Assembly (NCBI GenBank): GCA_036172245.1
Contig: JAYWIR010000008.1
Coordinates: forward strand, 868,001-932,000
Source: Raillietiella orientalis
Taxonomy: Eukaryota
Reading direction: 5' to 3'
DNA: 64,000 nucleotides
Shown here: positions 43,077 through 57,062 of the stretch, piece by piece
Numbering within the stretch: position 1 is the first letter of the stretch
Layout: each line of letters opens with the position of its first letter
Notes under the pieces: generated by a model
Database searches by the model: none
Told to the model about the DNA's origin: nothing
The model's input: only the letters and a program-made list of their open reading frames with translations
Position numbers and translations under genes: made by a program

Positions 43077-46000
43077 TCAGGTCAGTAGTTTCAACTGTCC
43101 TTTATTTGTTGCTAATATAAGTCCTTGTCCAGGATTAGGCAGCCATTTTATACAATTGACACTTATGGGGAGAACTTCTCTTTCACAATATTCCAGGTCT
43201 CGTACATGCTAATATAAAATACTAACAAATTCCATAGTGTCTCACTTACTTTGAGGCTATCACAACCAGGATAACAAACTGTTGATATTTCAAAAATCTG
43301 TGCCACAATCTGCAAAGTAAAACAAACAAAAAAAATACGCAAATACTAAATCAGTAACAAGTGTACTTGTTTCTCCACTGGCATAATTGACACACGGCGG
43401 GATGCTAACCCAACAACTAGGTACTTTCTGTTGAATGAAAGGCTGACAGACACAGCACTTCTTGATAAATTCCAATGGTGTAGGCACTGACCAAAACTTT
43501 CCTTCTCCATGCTATAGATAGCTACAAAAAACTCAGTTCCACCAATGTCACAAAGCACTGTTCAGACCTATTGTGGTGAAAGGTATACGACAAGGTACAA
43601 ATGTAGCTAAAAGTTTCCCATCATGAGACATCTCAACACTAGCTTCATTATGGATTTTACACTGTGGCACTAAAACCTGATGTTGGACTGCTTTGAATTT
43701 TATCCCAGATCTGCAGGAAATTTAAAAACTTACAATCAGATATGTTAGGAATACAACATGAGGAGAAATCCCACACTTGGATACGATGAGTAACAAATGG
43801 TTGGAAATCTCTAAATGTAGAAGCTGATACCAGAAAAACAATTTGATAATTACTAATACAATGCAAACACTTACAATAATCTGAGGGTAGTAACCTGTCT
43901 GATGGATGGATATGTGGATGAGGCGGATGCAAATATGTTGCTTGCATGGACGTTCCTTGTGTTCTTAGCAGAGCATCATTCATGAGATCAACTGGTGGAC
44001 TCGTCTGCGTGTTTCTTAAAAGCTCTTGAAATATCTCGCCATTGTTCAAATTGGTATCTGCAATAGCTTCATCTATGCTGGAAGATTGCAACTGTCCAAT
44101 CTCATTTTCTATTTGTATCACAGGAATTGAAAAATTGGTTCTTGTGTGGTTTTCTTCAGAAGCAGATTGCAAAAGCCTCTGCTCCTCTGATGACTCAGCA
44201 AAGGGATTAGGAAGACGTGATATGGGTCTTTCTTCCACCTCAGTTTGCTGAGAATTACTTTGTAATACATAGGGTGCAAGACGCAGCAAGAGTCGCAAAT
44301 CTGGAACAGCATTTTACAACACATGAGAGTAGAAACATTTTTTTGCCTCACTGCTCAACTGCTCCTCGAGCTCACTCTGACTCTGCTGCAAATTGCCCTC
44401 AGGGTTCTGTAAATCAGTTATGGTTCCTAGACGTTCTGTCAGGGTGCTCAGTAGACGACTGTCAAACTTTGTTAAGTAAAACAGTGCAAGTTCAACTTAC
44501 AAAAAACGCGCTCTTCGTGTACTGTGCATGTTGTAAACTTGCCGTACAGTTTGCTGCGTACTCAAAGACATCAACCTATAAAAATGAAAATTACATTACA
44601 ACTGAATGAATCTTTGATGATGATTTTCTTATATCGACTCAAGATTCGGTCAATACCGAATGAATGTTCGAAGTACACCTACCTTTCTTCAGAATGAAGA
44701 TCCCGCTGCAACTGCCTGGTCTGGTCCTAATAAAAAATTTTACACTGAATAAAGCAGCAAGATAAGAAATGGTGAAGGAGCATTAAAAGCAAAACTAATC
44801 AGGGGAAAAAGAGAAAAAAGGGGGAGGATAGAAAATAACCTGATGTTGCACTTCCTGGTTTTGATTTAAAAGTGCTTCATCACGAAGTGCACTGACTGTG
44901 AACTCGTCATTCTGTAAGAAATCGGTTTGTTGTGAATGAATATGTGAGGAATACAGTCTTATTGCTGGCAGTACTGATGGACTCCTAGAGGTGATACGAC
45001 GAGTTATACCACAAGAACAAGGAATATACCTGAAATTAGGCAAAAACATGTTGGAAAAGTTACAGTTTATTCAACTTTACCTATTGTCGACTTCACTAGG
45101 GATATGGGAATTTAGGATGCGTGCAATTGCACTCTGGGAATGGAATGGAATATGTCTTGCCGAACCACAAAAATGAGGTCTTAAATACATTTCCCGCCGG
45201 ACAGCACTATTAAACAAGCGTCTAGCACTTCTAAAATTGGGCACAGTGAAAGCTTGGATCACAAGGGCTCAAAATAAATACGCTCTTGAAAGAGTATCAT
45301 ATCAAGACATAAGGTACCTCAAAGTGCGAATAGATGTGGCCCCTGGAGAAGCAGCCAAAACAAACCTTCTGTTTGTTCTCTGTGTAACATCATCACAGAC
45401 TAAGGAAATGGTAGCTTCCATCGCTTCCAAAATATTCCACAAGATACTGTAATTTCCGCATATGACATACAAATTAGATCCCCGGAAATCTGAATCTATT
45501 TCACTGGTGCGTTCACTTTCATTTGAAGAAACTATGTGTTGCAAGATTTCCTGCAAGTGTTGTAGCTGATGGTACAGGGAGTCAAAATGTGAATGTATAC
45601 TTTGCACTTGTTCTTGCACCGGGGAATTAACTTGATTTCTAAGGAAACACACTTATATCTCTAACAAATTCTAATTGATCTAGACAAACCCATGGTGGCT
45701 TGAAACTTCACTGCTTTCACTATAATCCAAAGATCCATTCCTTCTTAGAAAATTCCAGTGAACAAATGAATCTGATGGATGAAAAGATGGGCCGTTTGGC
45801 TGGTACCAACCTTGTGAATAAGTTTCAGATTCCACAGAGGCATGTGTGGCTCTGATATTATTCCTGTTGGAATTTAATCTAAGTGACTGAAATATTCAAC
45901 ACAATCATATTAATTTTTGATATTATAAACATCACTTGTATCATTCTAAAGGAAGTGCAAAGAAGTTTTAAAACTCCATGTAATTATAATTAAAAGAAAA

Positions 46001-49000
46001 TAAAATGCACTGATTAACAGAAAAAACAAGAATTCTTTTATTCCATCCTATAAATTTGTCTTGCACACTTTGGAGGAAGAACCCTGCCAGGAAACAATCA
46101 CATTATTTATTAAGATTAAAACTGACTCCAATTAACCTGGGTTGAATTTATTTAAACTTTTGCATGGCAATTAAAATGACAAACCTGTTCTTATCTACCC
46201 TATGCTTTCTAAAATTACATGGATGAGCACAATTGACGAGCCTTCTTAAATAATGATGTTTTTCTAACAAAAGCCTTAACTACACACCACTAGCATAAAA
46301 TACCATAAAATATATATATGATATGCACATGACAAAAAAATCACTTGAAATATCAAAAGATGATTTGTTGCAAAAACATTTTTTTTTTTTTTTGCAATAA
46401 GCCTACGAAATGAAACAAACAATAGAAAGAGTTAAAGCAGCTACAGCATCAAAGCCAGTTTTTCTAAAGAGTGCATTATTCAAAATACCAAATATGCACC
46501 GGAATTAAAACCAAATTTCTTTGTTAAAGGCAAAGCATTTAAAACTGAAAGTTTGCTTATTTTCCTACTTATACTGCGATAATACATTTTGCAATTAAAC
46601 TCCATTTTATAAGATTTTCCGATTTCTATTTTCTAGATTTTTCATTTCAATTCATTCAACATGATTGAAATTACTTCCTTCTAATACTTTGGCATTAGGA
46701 ACTGTTGTTCAGTTGCCAAAGAAACATTAAGAGAAAGTAATTTCAATTAAGCAAAACATAAAAAAAAATCATTGTTTCAAAGCCTTTTAAATTAATGACT
46801 AAGTTCTAAATTAGCCAGTTACTAAATCTTTATAATTCCGTAAAACCTATTTCAACTCTGAAAAAGTTGCCTTGAAAACCTTTGGTATAAAGAACAATGC
46901 TTATGCCTGCAAAATAATTTTGAAATCAATATCACATAAGTCAATTGCAATGGATAATGAAGTCCATTCAAAAATAATGAACGCTCCACAAGCTTTCAAT
47001 TCATTGAATTTTCTGTTGAGTGAAGGGGAAAAAAAAAAATTACAGTTCAGGACCATATTTGAAGGTGTAGAATCCAAGGACCTTCTCTGCAACACATAGC
47101 CTGTATACTGAGTTTGGATTTCATGCAAGCATAAATGCATTTCTTTCCCTACTTCTCCAACTATCATGCAACACAAAAGCATGTTCTTTGTTATGAATGC
47201 AAACAATTCGCTAGTGTCCTAATTGAAATCTAGTTTCACTTCCATTTGGTATGTTTTAGGCATGAGTCTCAGTCATCCTGTTCACTGTTTGAAAATCTTG
47301 CAAAGCTGCAGCTTTTTACATTTGATGAAGGTGCAAGAAGCTAACTGATATCATCCCTACATGTTGTGAATTTGTTTAATGCCTGTTTTTTAAGTTATTT
47401 GTTTGCTACTGTTTCCATGCTCCAAATCTATTCTTAAATGTTACGTACATATCCGTTAATTCTGTGATATCTTTAAAATTTTTCTGCCATTCACCTTTTT
47501 TTAACAGTTTTTTAAAAATATTGATACATGCTTTGGCTTACTACTTACATTGTTGAATAAACTGAAGATGAACTGGATTTAATAGAAAAACGGATCACAT
47601 TCTCAAATGAAAAAATTGAAATAAAAGGCGAAGTGCACATTTTTATAGTCTTATGCAAGAAAAAATAAATCACATGTGGGTGAAAAAGAGATGAATAAGC
47701 AAAAAAATTAAGATGCTCACACAAGCATGAATGTTTCATTTTGTTAGTTCTTGTTGTAGCAAATAAATAAAGAGTTCATTAGTTCAAGAGAGACAACCAT
47801 TGCACTACTTTGATACATTGCCTGACAGAATTATGAAGGGCATATTTCGAGAATATTTCATCTTTCATAATTTTACTGCAATGCTAAGTCAACAAAAAAT
47901 GAAATGAAAAACTTTAAAAGTAAACACATACAAAACTTCAAGCATGGTCTTTTAAGAAAAGATTAATTATTTACATTACAATGACAAAACAACGTAGGGT
48001 ACAAAAAAAAAAAAAAAATACAAATGGATGCAAAATTATGAATTAATATAAAATGGCAACGATCACACATGAAATAATGGTATAAAATGGTAATAAAAAA
48101 TGGAAAATTTGTTGGTGTGCTGATTCTCTTTTAAACTTAAAATATTAAATGCCTTAAAAAGATTAAGGTCATGGATAATTCATGTATTAGTGAAATCCAC
48201 GCTTTAGAGGACAGAGCTACTAAAAAATCTTCAAAGTGAAACGGACATTTCAAAAATTAAAGAATATTTATTATAAATTATTCCCTTTGTAAGTATTTCT
48301 AATAGACAGTATAATTACTCACTGCAGATTCTCTGAAATCTTGAATGCCATCAATGTCTCCACCCTGTACTCTCAAATTATACAATTCCGCCCTCCTTAT
48401 TAAGGCATTTCTTGTGTTTCTAGTGTTTCTCACATGATACCATACAGTTCTGCATCACTTACCGAAAGCCCTCAGTATGAGCATAATTCAACACTGTATA
48501 AAAATTCTCTAATTGGAATGGGGATGAAGGGCGACTGCTATTATCGTTCTCTTCATCTCCATACTAAGTCCGATATTAAAAGGGAAGATTCAAACAACAA
48601 ACTTACAATTGTATCAATATGTGATCCAAGAAAGGAATCATTTGCCTCTATTGCACTATGCTGAAAACAGCGTGATGAATATCTGTTCCCATGAGATGCA
48701 TGTGGATTTTTAACATTCTCAATACCAGTGATCAGCTTCTGCCCCAAGGGATCAAAATTAACATATCTCAAAGAAGAGAAAAAAGAATAAGTACTTGGGA
48801 ACACAAGTTGCTGAAATGCATTTTCCAACAAGTTAATTTAAGCAGCCAAATTTAATTAATCAATCAGCTTCATGCTATCAAACCAGAATTTCATATGTTT
48901 TAAAAAAGTGCTTGTTTGTTATTTAAAAAAAGATCATTCTTAAAAAAAATCAGTTCATATCTCTTTGAAAAGAGATGAAGAAACTTACATAATGGTTGTT

Positions 49001-50351
49001 TACATCAAACATATTTGAAGACATTTTAGGATTTCCTATATCTAATGTTACAAAAGTTACTTTGCACAGAAATCAACAATTTCATAATGGCAAAAAATTT
49101 ACAAAAAAAAAAAAAAAATACATGATATTGATAATGCTCTGCAAGCAAACGTAATTAGACCAATAAAGTCCAACAACACAAGCATTCAAGTCAACAGAGA
49201 GAAAGCAAGTGATGCAAAACCTCAAATAAAACATAAAAAACATAAAAACTGATTCACATAATTAAGTTAACTGTCTCATAACAGAATTCGTCATCATAAA
49301 GTAGTTTCTAATCATAAACAAAGTAATCTAACTACTGTGAATTCCGAGAACCAATCTTAGAAAACATGATTTGTACACAACCACTCACATCACCATTGAT
49401 TTAATATTACGTTCTATACTTTGGACTAATCTGAAATTTTATACCTTATTTTCTCTTGATAGCTTCTTGTGGAACATGAAGCAAAGGGTTTTGGCTCTGA
49501 CCAATCCCAGAAATATAATTCATTGCCAGTGGCAATGACCAAAACATGGTCTAAAGGATGGAATGCCAATGAGGTTATAACACCATGTCTTTCTGTCAAC
49601 CATACTTCACTTCCACCCTGTAAAAGACAAAGCTTCTTATTTAGCTAATAGCTCTACACAAATTGATACATTAACAATTGCAGCCTTGAGAAGAAAAATG
49701 AAACATACATGCAAATCCCATACTCTAACTTCACCACCCAAGCATCCAGAAGCCAAAATATCATTGGAAGATGGATGGAAAGCAATACACCATGGTGTAC
49801 GAGGATGTCCTTCCAAGCATGAAATGCAAGCTCCTGTTTGCAAATTTACAACATATATGTTATGATCCCCATGAGTAGAAGCAACTTTTGTCCTGAAAAT
49901 AAATTTGACCATGTTCCACATGAATAAAATCACCTACCCATCGGGGCTAAATACCATCAAAAAAGTTGACTTGGGATTTCCGGGGATCTGACAGGACTTA
50001 AAAAGAAATGCAATGTAGCAATGCAATGAAATTGATGATTACAAATTATTTTAATTCATAAAAACATTGTAACTGTATAATACCATGATTCATATTTGCT
50101 TAAAAAGATTGCAAGATTAGTATGCAAACTAATATGCTAACTTGTGATGTTTTTCGATTAAGACCGTAATATATTAAAGTTTCTGTCATTAGACAACTGA
50201 CCATTTCATCGAAGGCTTTTCGAACCAATTTGCCTTCTCCGAATTTTTGCAGCCGTTTATTAACCACATCCCTTCTTTTATGTCCTGATGCAACATATTC
50301 CCGGGCAATAATATTCTTAATAAACAAATACTGAAGGTCACTTCCAATCAT
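43077..50351 (-). CDS. AMBRA1: AMBRA1 (DCAF3), split WD40 propeller with a central disordered region; multi-exon, about 20 exons
   Basis: N-half: [27 protein letters not shown]...GHPRTPWCIAFHP...ASGCLGGEVRVWDLHGGSE...LAFHP...YFWDWS. C-half: HRIQVWDF...CKIHNEASV...SVSLS...LVVGLASRR...VAQIF...WLPNPGQGLILATNKGQL. Stop at 43077-43079. Central exons are only partly resolved. Confidence 0.94.
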
Positions 50352-53300
50352 GTTACATGATTCAAAGGGCTAATAACAACAGCGTCAACAAAAACAAAAA
50401 AAATGGTATAGGAATCACATTTACCTGGAAGAGTAAACAAAATTATGACAACCGGCAACACACATTGGTGTCAGCTTTAAGATTAGAAAAAAAAAAAAAA
50501 CTGGACCCCCTAAGATGAATCCCTTGCATACACAGATGGAACTGTGGTACCCATTTCAACACACTCCTTGGACACTTTCATCATGAAGCGGCATAACCAC
50601 CCCAACTTTGTCACATACTTAAAGGTGTTGTTCCAGTGTTTATTCTTTGCCTTTCGTTCCAACTTTTTCATGATGCATTTTGTGTTTTGGTCATTCGTTA
50701 CCCGTGAAAAGGTTGGCATCAATTACATGCTCGCCTGGAGTGCTGCTGTACAATACTTTGCCAATAAAGAGAACAGGAAACAAACTAAAATGGAAAACAC
50801 AAGGCCGTGAAGAACAGTAATCTGTTTTGACTTGTCTTGCAGCATTTTCCCTTGAGTAGCAAACGGGCAGATTCGTGCACATGCCCCACTTGGTGACCAC
50901 CTTCATACTTTGCCATTTAAAACAACAACAAAAAAAAAAACAACAAAAAATGGATGGGGAATAGAAACCGATCCACGTCGTCCGCCTCTACCGGTGGTAT
51001 TATTTTTTTTTTCTGGGGAGGGGGGGGCAAACGCATTTCGACATTTCCACACGGGGATGGGCGACGGCCACCACATTCAAGTCACACGAGCCACACACGA
51101 GACAGCACAGTGTGGTCGCACCGGAGCCTCCGCTCGGAGCCTCACACGTTCCCGGATCCGTTGCAGACGAATTCCCCAAACGGCTCCTGGTCGCCCCACT
51201 CCAGCCTGGATGGGGACTGCAATTCTTTTTCCTTTTTTTTTTTCGTTTGGTGACCGTTGGTGTGCAACGCCGTGGATCCTCACCACAAGGCGGGAGCTTC
51301 GTCGGAATCACGTGCCGAGGCAATTCTGCACCTCATAGGGTGGCACTGTTCCCCCCCCCCCCTTCTTCCTCTTCTTCTTCTTCTTCTTCCACTGCTAAAT
51401 GCAGCTGGAATTATTTTCCCGGGTTACGTCGTTTGTTCGTACCCCTATTACTTCCCATTGCCCGTTGACAAAACTGGGCCAATTGTGGGCCTTTTGGGAG
51501 ACGTAATAGCAGTGAGAGTAGTCGATCTATTCGATCTATTTTGTAATAAAGTGTGTATTTCTGATGACATCTCTACTTAATCGAGGAAGGATGGTTTGAA
51601 TTTTTTTTTGCTTCCATGCATGGCACTGTTTGAGAATTCGAAAATGAGGCGAAGACAGCTCATTCCACTGAGCTTGTACCGTGCTTTGTGTATCTTTGTC
51701 ATGTATAAAATTGTTTCGACTTCAGTAGTGTTTTCATCCACTGCAAAAGTTGGAAAGGCCAGAAAAAAAAAAAAAATGTGAAAAAAAGGGACTGGCAGAG
51801 TCATTCATCTCTTAATGAAAAATTATGAGATTCGAGATCAAGAAGAACGCATTAGAAACTATCCAAACGAAAAAATACACCGGAAACCTCAGAAATCATT
51901 AAAAAGAAAAAAAAAAAGAGCAGCAAAATGTGTAAGCCACACTAATTAACAGATTTTTATTTTTTACGAAAACCGTGTTCACATCAGCAAAAGGAACAGA
52001 ACAAAATAATATTCGATACCAGGCATACAGACTTGAGCATCCAAAGAATGCTGCGAAATCAATTTCAGTCTCAGAATTGAATCTGAAGTAATTTTTCACA
52101 CGTGCGTTTCTTATACCGAGCAGATTGTTCGGCGCCTCGAGAATTCCGGTCCAAGTTCATCATCTGCAAAATGAACGTTTACGGGAGGGTCCATCTCGAG
52201 AAGCTGCTCGAAATGAACTCCCATGGAAGTGGTTCGTAGAACGGTTGGAATGAAATGGAACTGAAAACGAGTGGAAAACCAGGGGAAACTTTTCACACTT
52301 CCTTGAAGGTGATACAAACGGAGCTCAAAGGAGGAAAAACAATGCGCGTTCTCAAACAGTATGTAAATCAACCAGAACGAATGAAGCCATGATAGGAATA
52401 CTATCTGTGGATTTGTCTTCAGTGTGTTTTTGGGTAGCAGACTCACTTGAGACGATTACTGGTGCTCGTCTATAGATGCACACCACTTGATGATGGCGTA
52501 AACGACGAAATATCTGTTGGCGATAGTGATCGGAATTAAATGGTTGACGCGGTCTCTGAGGCTCTCGGAATGTTTGCAAGAAAAGAAGAAAAAAAAAAAG
52601 TGACAGCGTGAAGAAAAAATGCTCTATTCTGCCAATGCATTCTTCACTCCTGGACTACAGTCAGGAGGACTCTTAGGCACGATGTATTTTATCCCATGTG
52701 TTATTGGAAACCAAAAGCTAGAAGTGCACTGATTTGTAGAATAGGAGGAAGGTTCTTGGAAGCCCCTGCTGTTCCCCCGTACCGTGAACACTTTAAAATA
52801 GCAGAAACAAATGGAATGGCAGACTTCGGTTTCTTGCAAAAGATGACCGACTCGCCTATTGAGATTGCAATGCAAACTCTTGCTGAGTACTGAAGCATTA
52901 AATGCTTCGGGATGGTTTTTTAACGACTCGCTATTGATTTCGAGCGAGGACGTCGGCTATCAATTAGCTCTCGAGTAGGAGATGCTTCCCAAACTCCAAC
53001 ACACAAGTAAACAAATCGAGAAGACAAATTAACAAGCCTCCAGCCGACAGTCTTTAATTGACCGAAGTACTTTGGGACTGAGCACAGAATCCCCATCTTC
53101 CTAGAAAGCTTCCAAAAATATTTTATCTGTTATTCCCTCTTCTTTGTTCTTTTGTTAAGGTAAGCCAACGCTTTACAGACAGTGATACAGTCAGAGAGAC
53201 TTGGAGCGTGCACTGCCTGATATCGGTATAGCACAATCGATCTTTGTGTTTTTTTTCTTTTTTCTTCACTTTAGATTTCTTAGGACAAAGGCGTTTCTGA

Positions 53301-56300
53301 AAAAAACAAACAAACAGAAAGGAAAGGAAACCACTGCAGTAGCAATCACTAAGTTTCTCTCTCTGTCGCTTCACACATGTGCGTTCACATGCACATATTT
53401 CAAAACAAATGCCTTCAACCAGAAGAGAAAAATAAAATAAAAACGGCAATGCTCATAATGAGTGCCTTGTTTATTTGTATGAATCTGGAGCAAATAATCA
53501 TCGGACGGGTTGTCCTCCTGCGAGTTGGGATATTAGCAGTAACCAAGCACGCGCAGCTTTTTCCTGAGAAAAAAATCGGCTGGTAATTCAGAGTACCAAA
53601 AGCTGCAAAAGGAATTTTCGAATGCAGCTGCAAATAATGCACCACCACGGCGTCCTCTTCAACGAGTTTGTCCACAAGAAAGGGTTGCGGTTACTTAACT
53701 ACGTGCTGCGTTGTCCACGGTAGGACTTAGCTTTTAGCTTCTGATACGCCAAATGAGATGTTGGATTCCCCACTAACAATTTTGGTAGAGTTTTACTTTA
53801 TTATCCCTTTCGATCCTATTCAGTTTCCGCAGTAGCAAACACTGCTGTGCACTTTCAGTTACCTCAGCTTATGAAGAACATTTTGGCTTCTTGTGCCGCT
53901 CTTTTTATCTTTCACTCTGTGGCATAAAACAGAAGGTGGCTGCTGAAACTTGCAATGCGATTCGGAAACTTTTAGAGCTTTTGGAGCTGGTTGGCAGCGG
54001 ATCATCCTTCCGCGGACCCACATTTTTCGGCCTGGTCGGCCATCGGCAGCTTGAGGATCTGTTCTCTGCAGCGTACCATAAAATGGAAACAAACGATAAA
54101 AATTTGTATTGAGAGCAAGCACAACAGCCCCATGGCAACAACGCCGAGAAACTCGGAAAGTCCGCGATTAGCTCGGAGACCGTGGGGCAGGCTGTCGTAG
54201 GGATGCTCATTGCGAGATGGCACTGCGTGCAGCAGAGCTTTTGCACCTAGACGCGAGAGGGCACATTGCAGGCAAGCTCGGGAGAAGAAGCATCACGGAA
54301 AGGAAGGTGCCGAAGTCTGCAGCGTCGAGCTCTGATGACGTCAGCGACGGGACGGACTTGCATCGCACCGACGCTGAACGCAAATGAGTCATTTCTTTTT
54401 CCTTCTTACGTCATCTCTTTCCTTTTCTGCAGTCTCGAAAACGTGTTCGGATCTACGGAAGCCTCTCTCCCGAGGTAGGACGTACTCGCTCCCTGCGAGC
54501 GAGAAGGGGAGTCTGCTTGCTATATCGCGCGCTGTGCTGGGAACAAGGGCGCGACTGGCATTCTTCGTCCTCTCGCTTGCCCTCACCGCTTCTTTGGCAA
54601 ATGCTTCGCAGAAGTCATCTTTGGAGGAGAGAACGAGGCTTCCTCATGCTGCCGCCCCCAACCTGTTCTCTCCCATCTGTCCTCACTAGCGCCCCTCTTC
54701 TCCAATGGCAGATATAGGGAGGTGTGGCTTCTGTGATCCCGCATCCCAGACTTGAAAAGTGCGACGGGAAAGTGGGAGTGATCTGCCAAAGTACTTTAGA
54801 AAAGGGGGGGTGGCAGTTCACATGGTGACGGATATGTAGGTTGCCTTCGGCATGTTTCATGCTTCATGCCCGAGTACACGCAACACCGCATCTGTGTTCG
54901 CAATGACGACGAAACGCGAGGGGTGAACGTAGTCGCGGTGCCTCTATGGCAAGATGGTCGTTCATCGGGGCGACCTACTGAGAACAGGGGAAGCTGCGGT
55001 CGAGATGACGATGAGGGTGTTTGCCGGAGTCTCGATGGCAGGAACGTTGGGAAGACATCGCAGCATCGAACGATGCGAAGTTGCATGAACGACCTACCCA
55101 TCTTAGTTTGTTCGATGCATGAACTAGGGCCCCCCCCTTTTGCACAGAGTTACAGAGGCAGGCAAAGGAGGAAACGGGTGATGCGCTTGGAAGAAGCGGG
55201 CGGTAACACCAGGAGGATCGAAGAGAAGCCGCTCGTGCTGCGCCCTGCAGGTCACGGGGCCGTTTTGCAAACGAGCTCGGCTCGTGCAGGCCCAAAAAGA
55301 ACAGGAAGTCACGGTGTACCCGCGCGGCTCGTTCGCCTCGTGGGTAGGCCCCAGTGGGGGTCGACGCTGGCTGCTGCTGGGTGGGAAGCCGCTCCACAGG
55401 TCCCCGCCGGTCGCGCAGGGACCGTGCGGAAGCGCCGGAACTGCATGCCGCCGGCCTTGACCGTGCGCAGATGCGCGGCGGAGCCCAGGAAGGAACGGAC
55501 GCGAGGTCTCCGCGAGCTCGGGCGACGCTTCCCACGAAGAGTCTCCGGTATGGGAACGCCGGTTTCTGCGTCCGGGACGGTGGAATTTCGACGGGAGACT
55601 CGAGCAAGGGGAAGACGGAGAGGGAGCCCGCTGCAGCCATCTGAAGGAAGGGAAACTTACTCTCGCCTCTAAAAGTTTAATGGTTTCCATTTAAAAATCG
55701 ATAAAAGTGACGTCACCGACGGCAACAAACGGATGCCGCTTATTGTTCGCAGCGCCGTCTCTCCGTCTCTCGCGCGTCTCTCCGGATGCGTCTCCGCAGG
55801 AAGACGCCATGCTACACGGTCCACGCTGCTCGGATGATTAGTTGGTTTCGGACTTTCAGAAGAAGGGAGCGCCCCGATCCAACGTTGTGAATCTCAAAAA
55901 GCCAATTATAAAACCAAACACGGTGAAAACCGCTTCTCCCGCGGCGAACCCGCATGCTGTTGATTACAATCGTCAGCAAAGGAATCCATGGAGAACACGC
56001 GTGTCCGTCAACGTCCATTTGGGGAGTCACCACGCGCGAAACTTCTCGACTCCGCCGCTTAAGGATTTGCTCGCCTATTTATTCTTTTCGAAAATTCCAC
56101 AGCCCGGTCGACAACTTTCGCCGCCGTGTTTGCGCAGGGCTTGTTCGCTCTCCCCAAAACAAGTCAAAGGGAAAAGGAAGCAAAAACGGACGAACAAAGG
56201 CAAAACAACGCAGAAACAAAAGGTGGGAGAACAGAATCCCAGTTTCGCCACCCAGGATGGGGGAACCCGATGCAAGCCAGAGGGGAGTCCCGGCTGCCGC

Positions 56301-57023
56301 GCGCGGCAGAACCCGGCGGCGGGCGAGCGAAGGAAGGAAACGTTCCGCGTCGTATCGATCGCCGTGGTGAAGTCATCGCCGGATGAGACGTGGGATTAAT
56401 GACTCCGTGGATTTTTCCTAGCAGGTACGACAAAAAGAAAAGAAAAAACGCCAATGAGAGGAGACGTGGGATCGACTTCTAGCGCTGATAATGGATCAAA
56501 CTTGGACGTGGGTCGGGGAGAGCCAGCATGGAGCCCGGGTCCCACGACGACCACTTAGGCAGGCTGCGTGGAAGCCAGGAGGAGGATCAGCCGTATCCTG
56601 GTGTGCCTCGACGGGTCCAGCGCGCTACGTGGAAAAAAAAGTCGGGCAGCTCGGTGAGCTGCGTCCTGCATATCGATCTCCGGGAATGCCCTCGACCTCC
56701 CGCTTCCTGGAGTCGAATCACCGGGCTGGAGGAGCCACCGCGAACGTTCGTGCCGCCGACACCGAGGAGCTCCCCTGCTCCCGTCGACATCCAGCATCGT
56801 CGGTTCTCGTGGACGCCCGCGGCAGACGCGGGAACGGGATCCCGTGCTCGGCGGCTGCTCCAGACTCGCGCGCCATGGGCAAATCCCTGGCACCGCGCGG
56901 CGCGCCAGAAAGCGGGCGGACGGACGGAACGAGCAAAGACTTGTCGACCTCCCGCACCGGTCGGGACCTGCCCGGCGAGCTACGCCCTTCCGCTCGGGGA
57001 TTGGCCGCACCATGCATTTCAGC

Positions 57024-57062
57024 GGGCACGTGACGCGCGTGAGGACGCACGTCACGTGTCCC
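57024..57062. promoter_or_regulatory. Palindromic double E-box (GTCACGTG) / hairpin
   Basis: GGGCACGTGACGCGCGT-GAGG-ACGCACGTCACGTGTCCC is a near-perfect inverted repeat around a 4-nt loop. Confidence 0.6.

Noticed and set aside
52111..52898. Short ORFs with faint transposase/RT-like words (SIDEHQ, MQTLAEY)
   Set aside because: Too weak, and not colinear with any family motif set.
54217..54312. LLHLDARGHIAGKLG, resembling the ribosomal protein uL13 N-terminus
   Set aside because: Similarity is limited to about 12 residues with no continuation.
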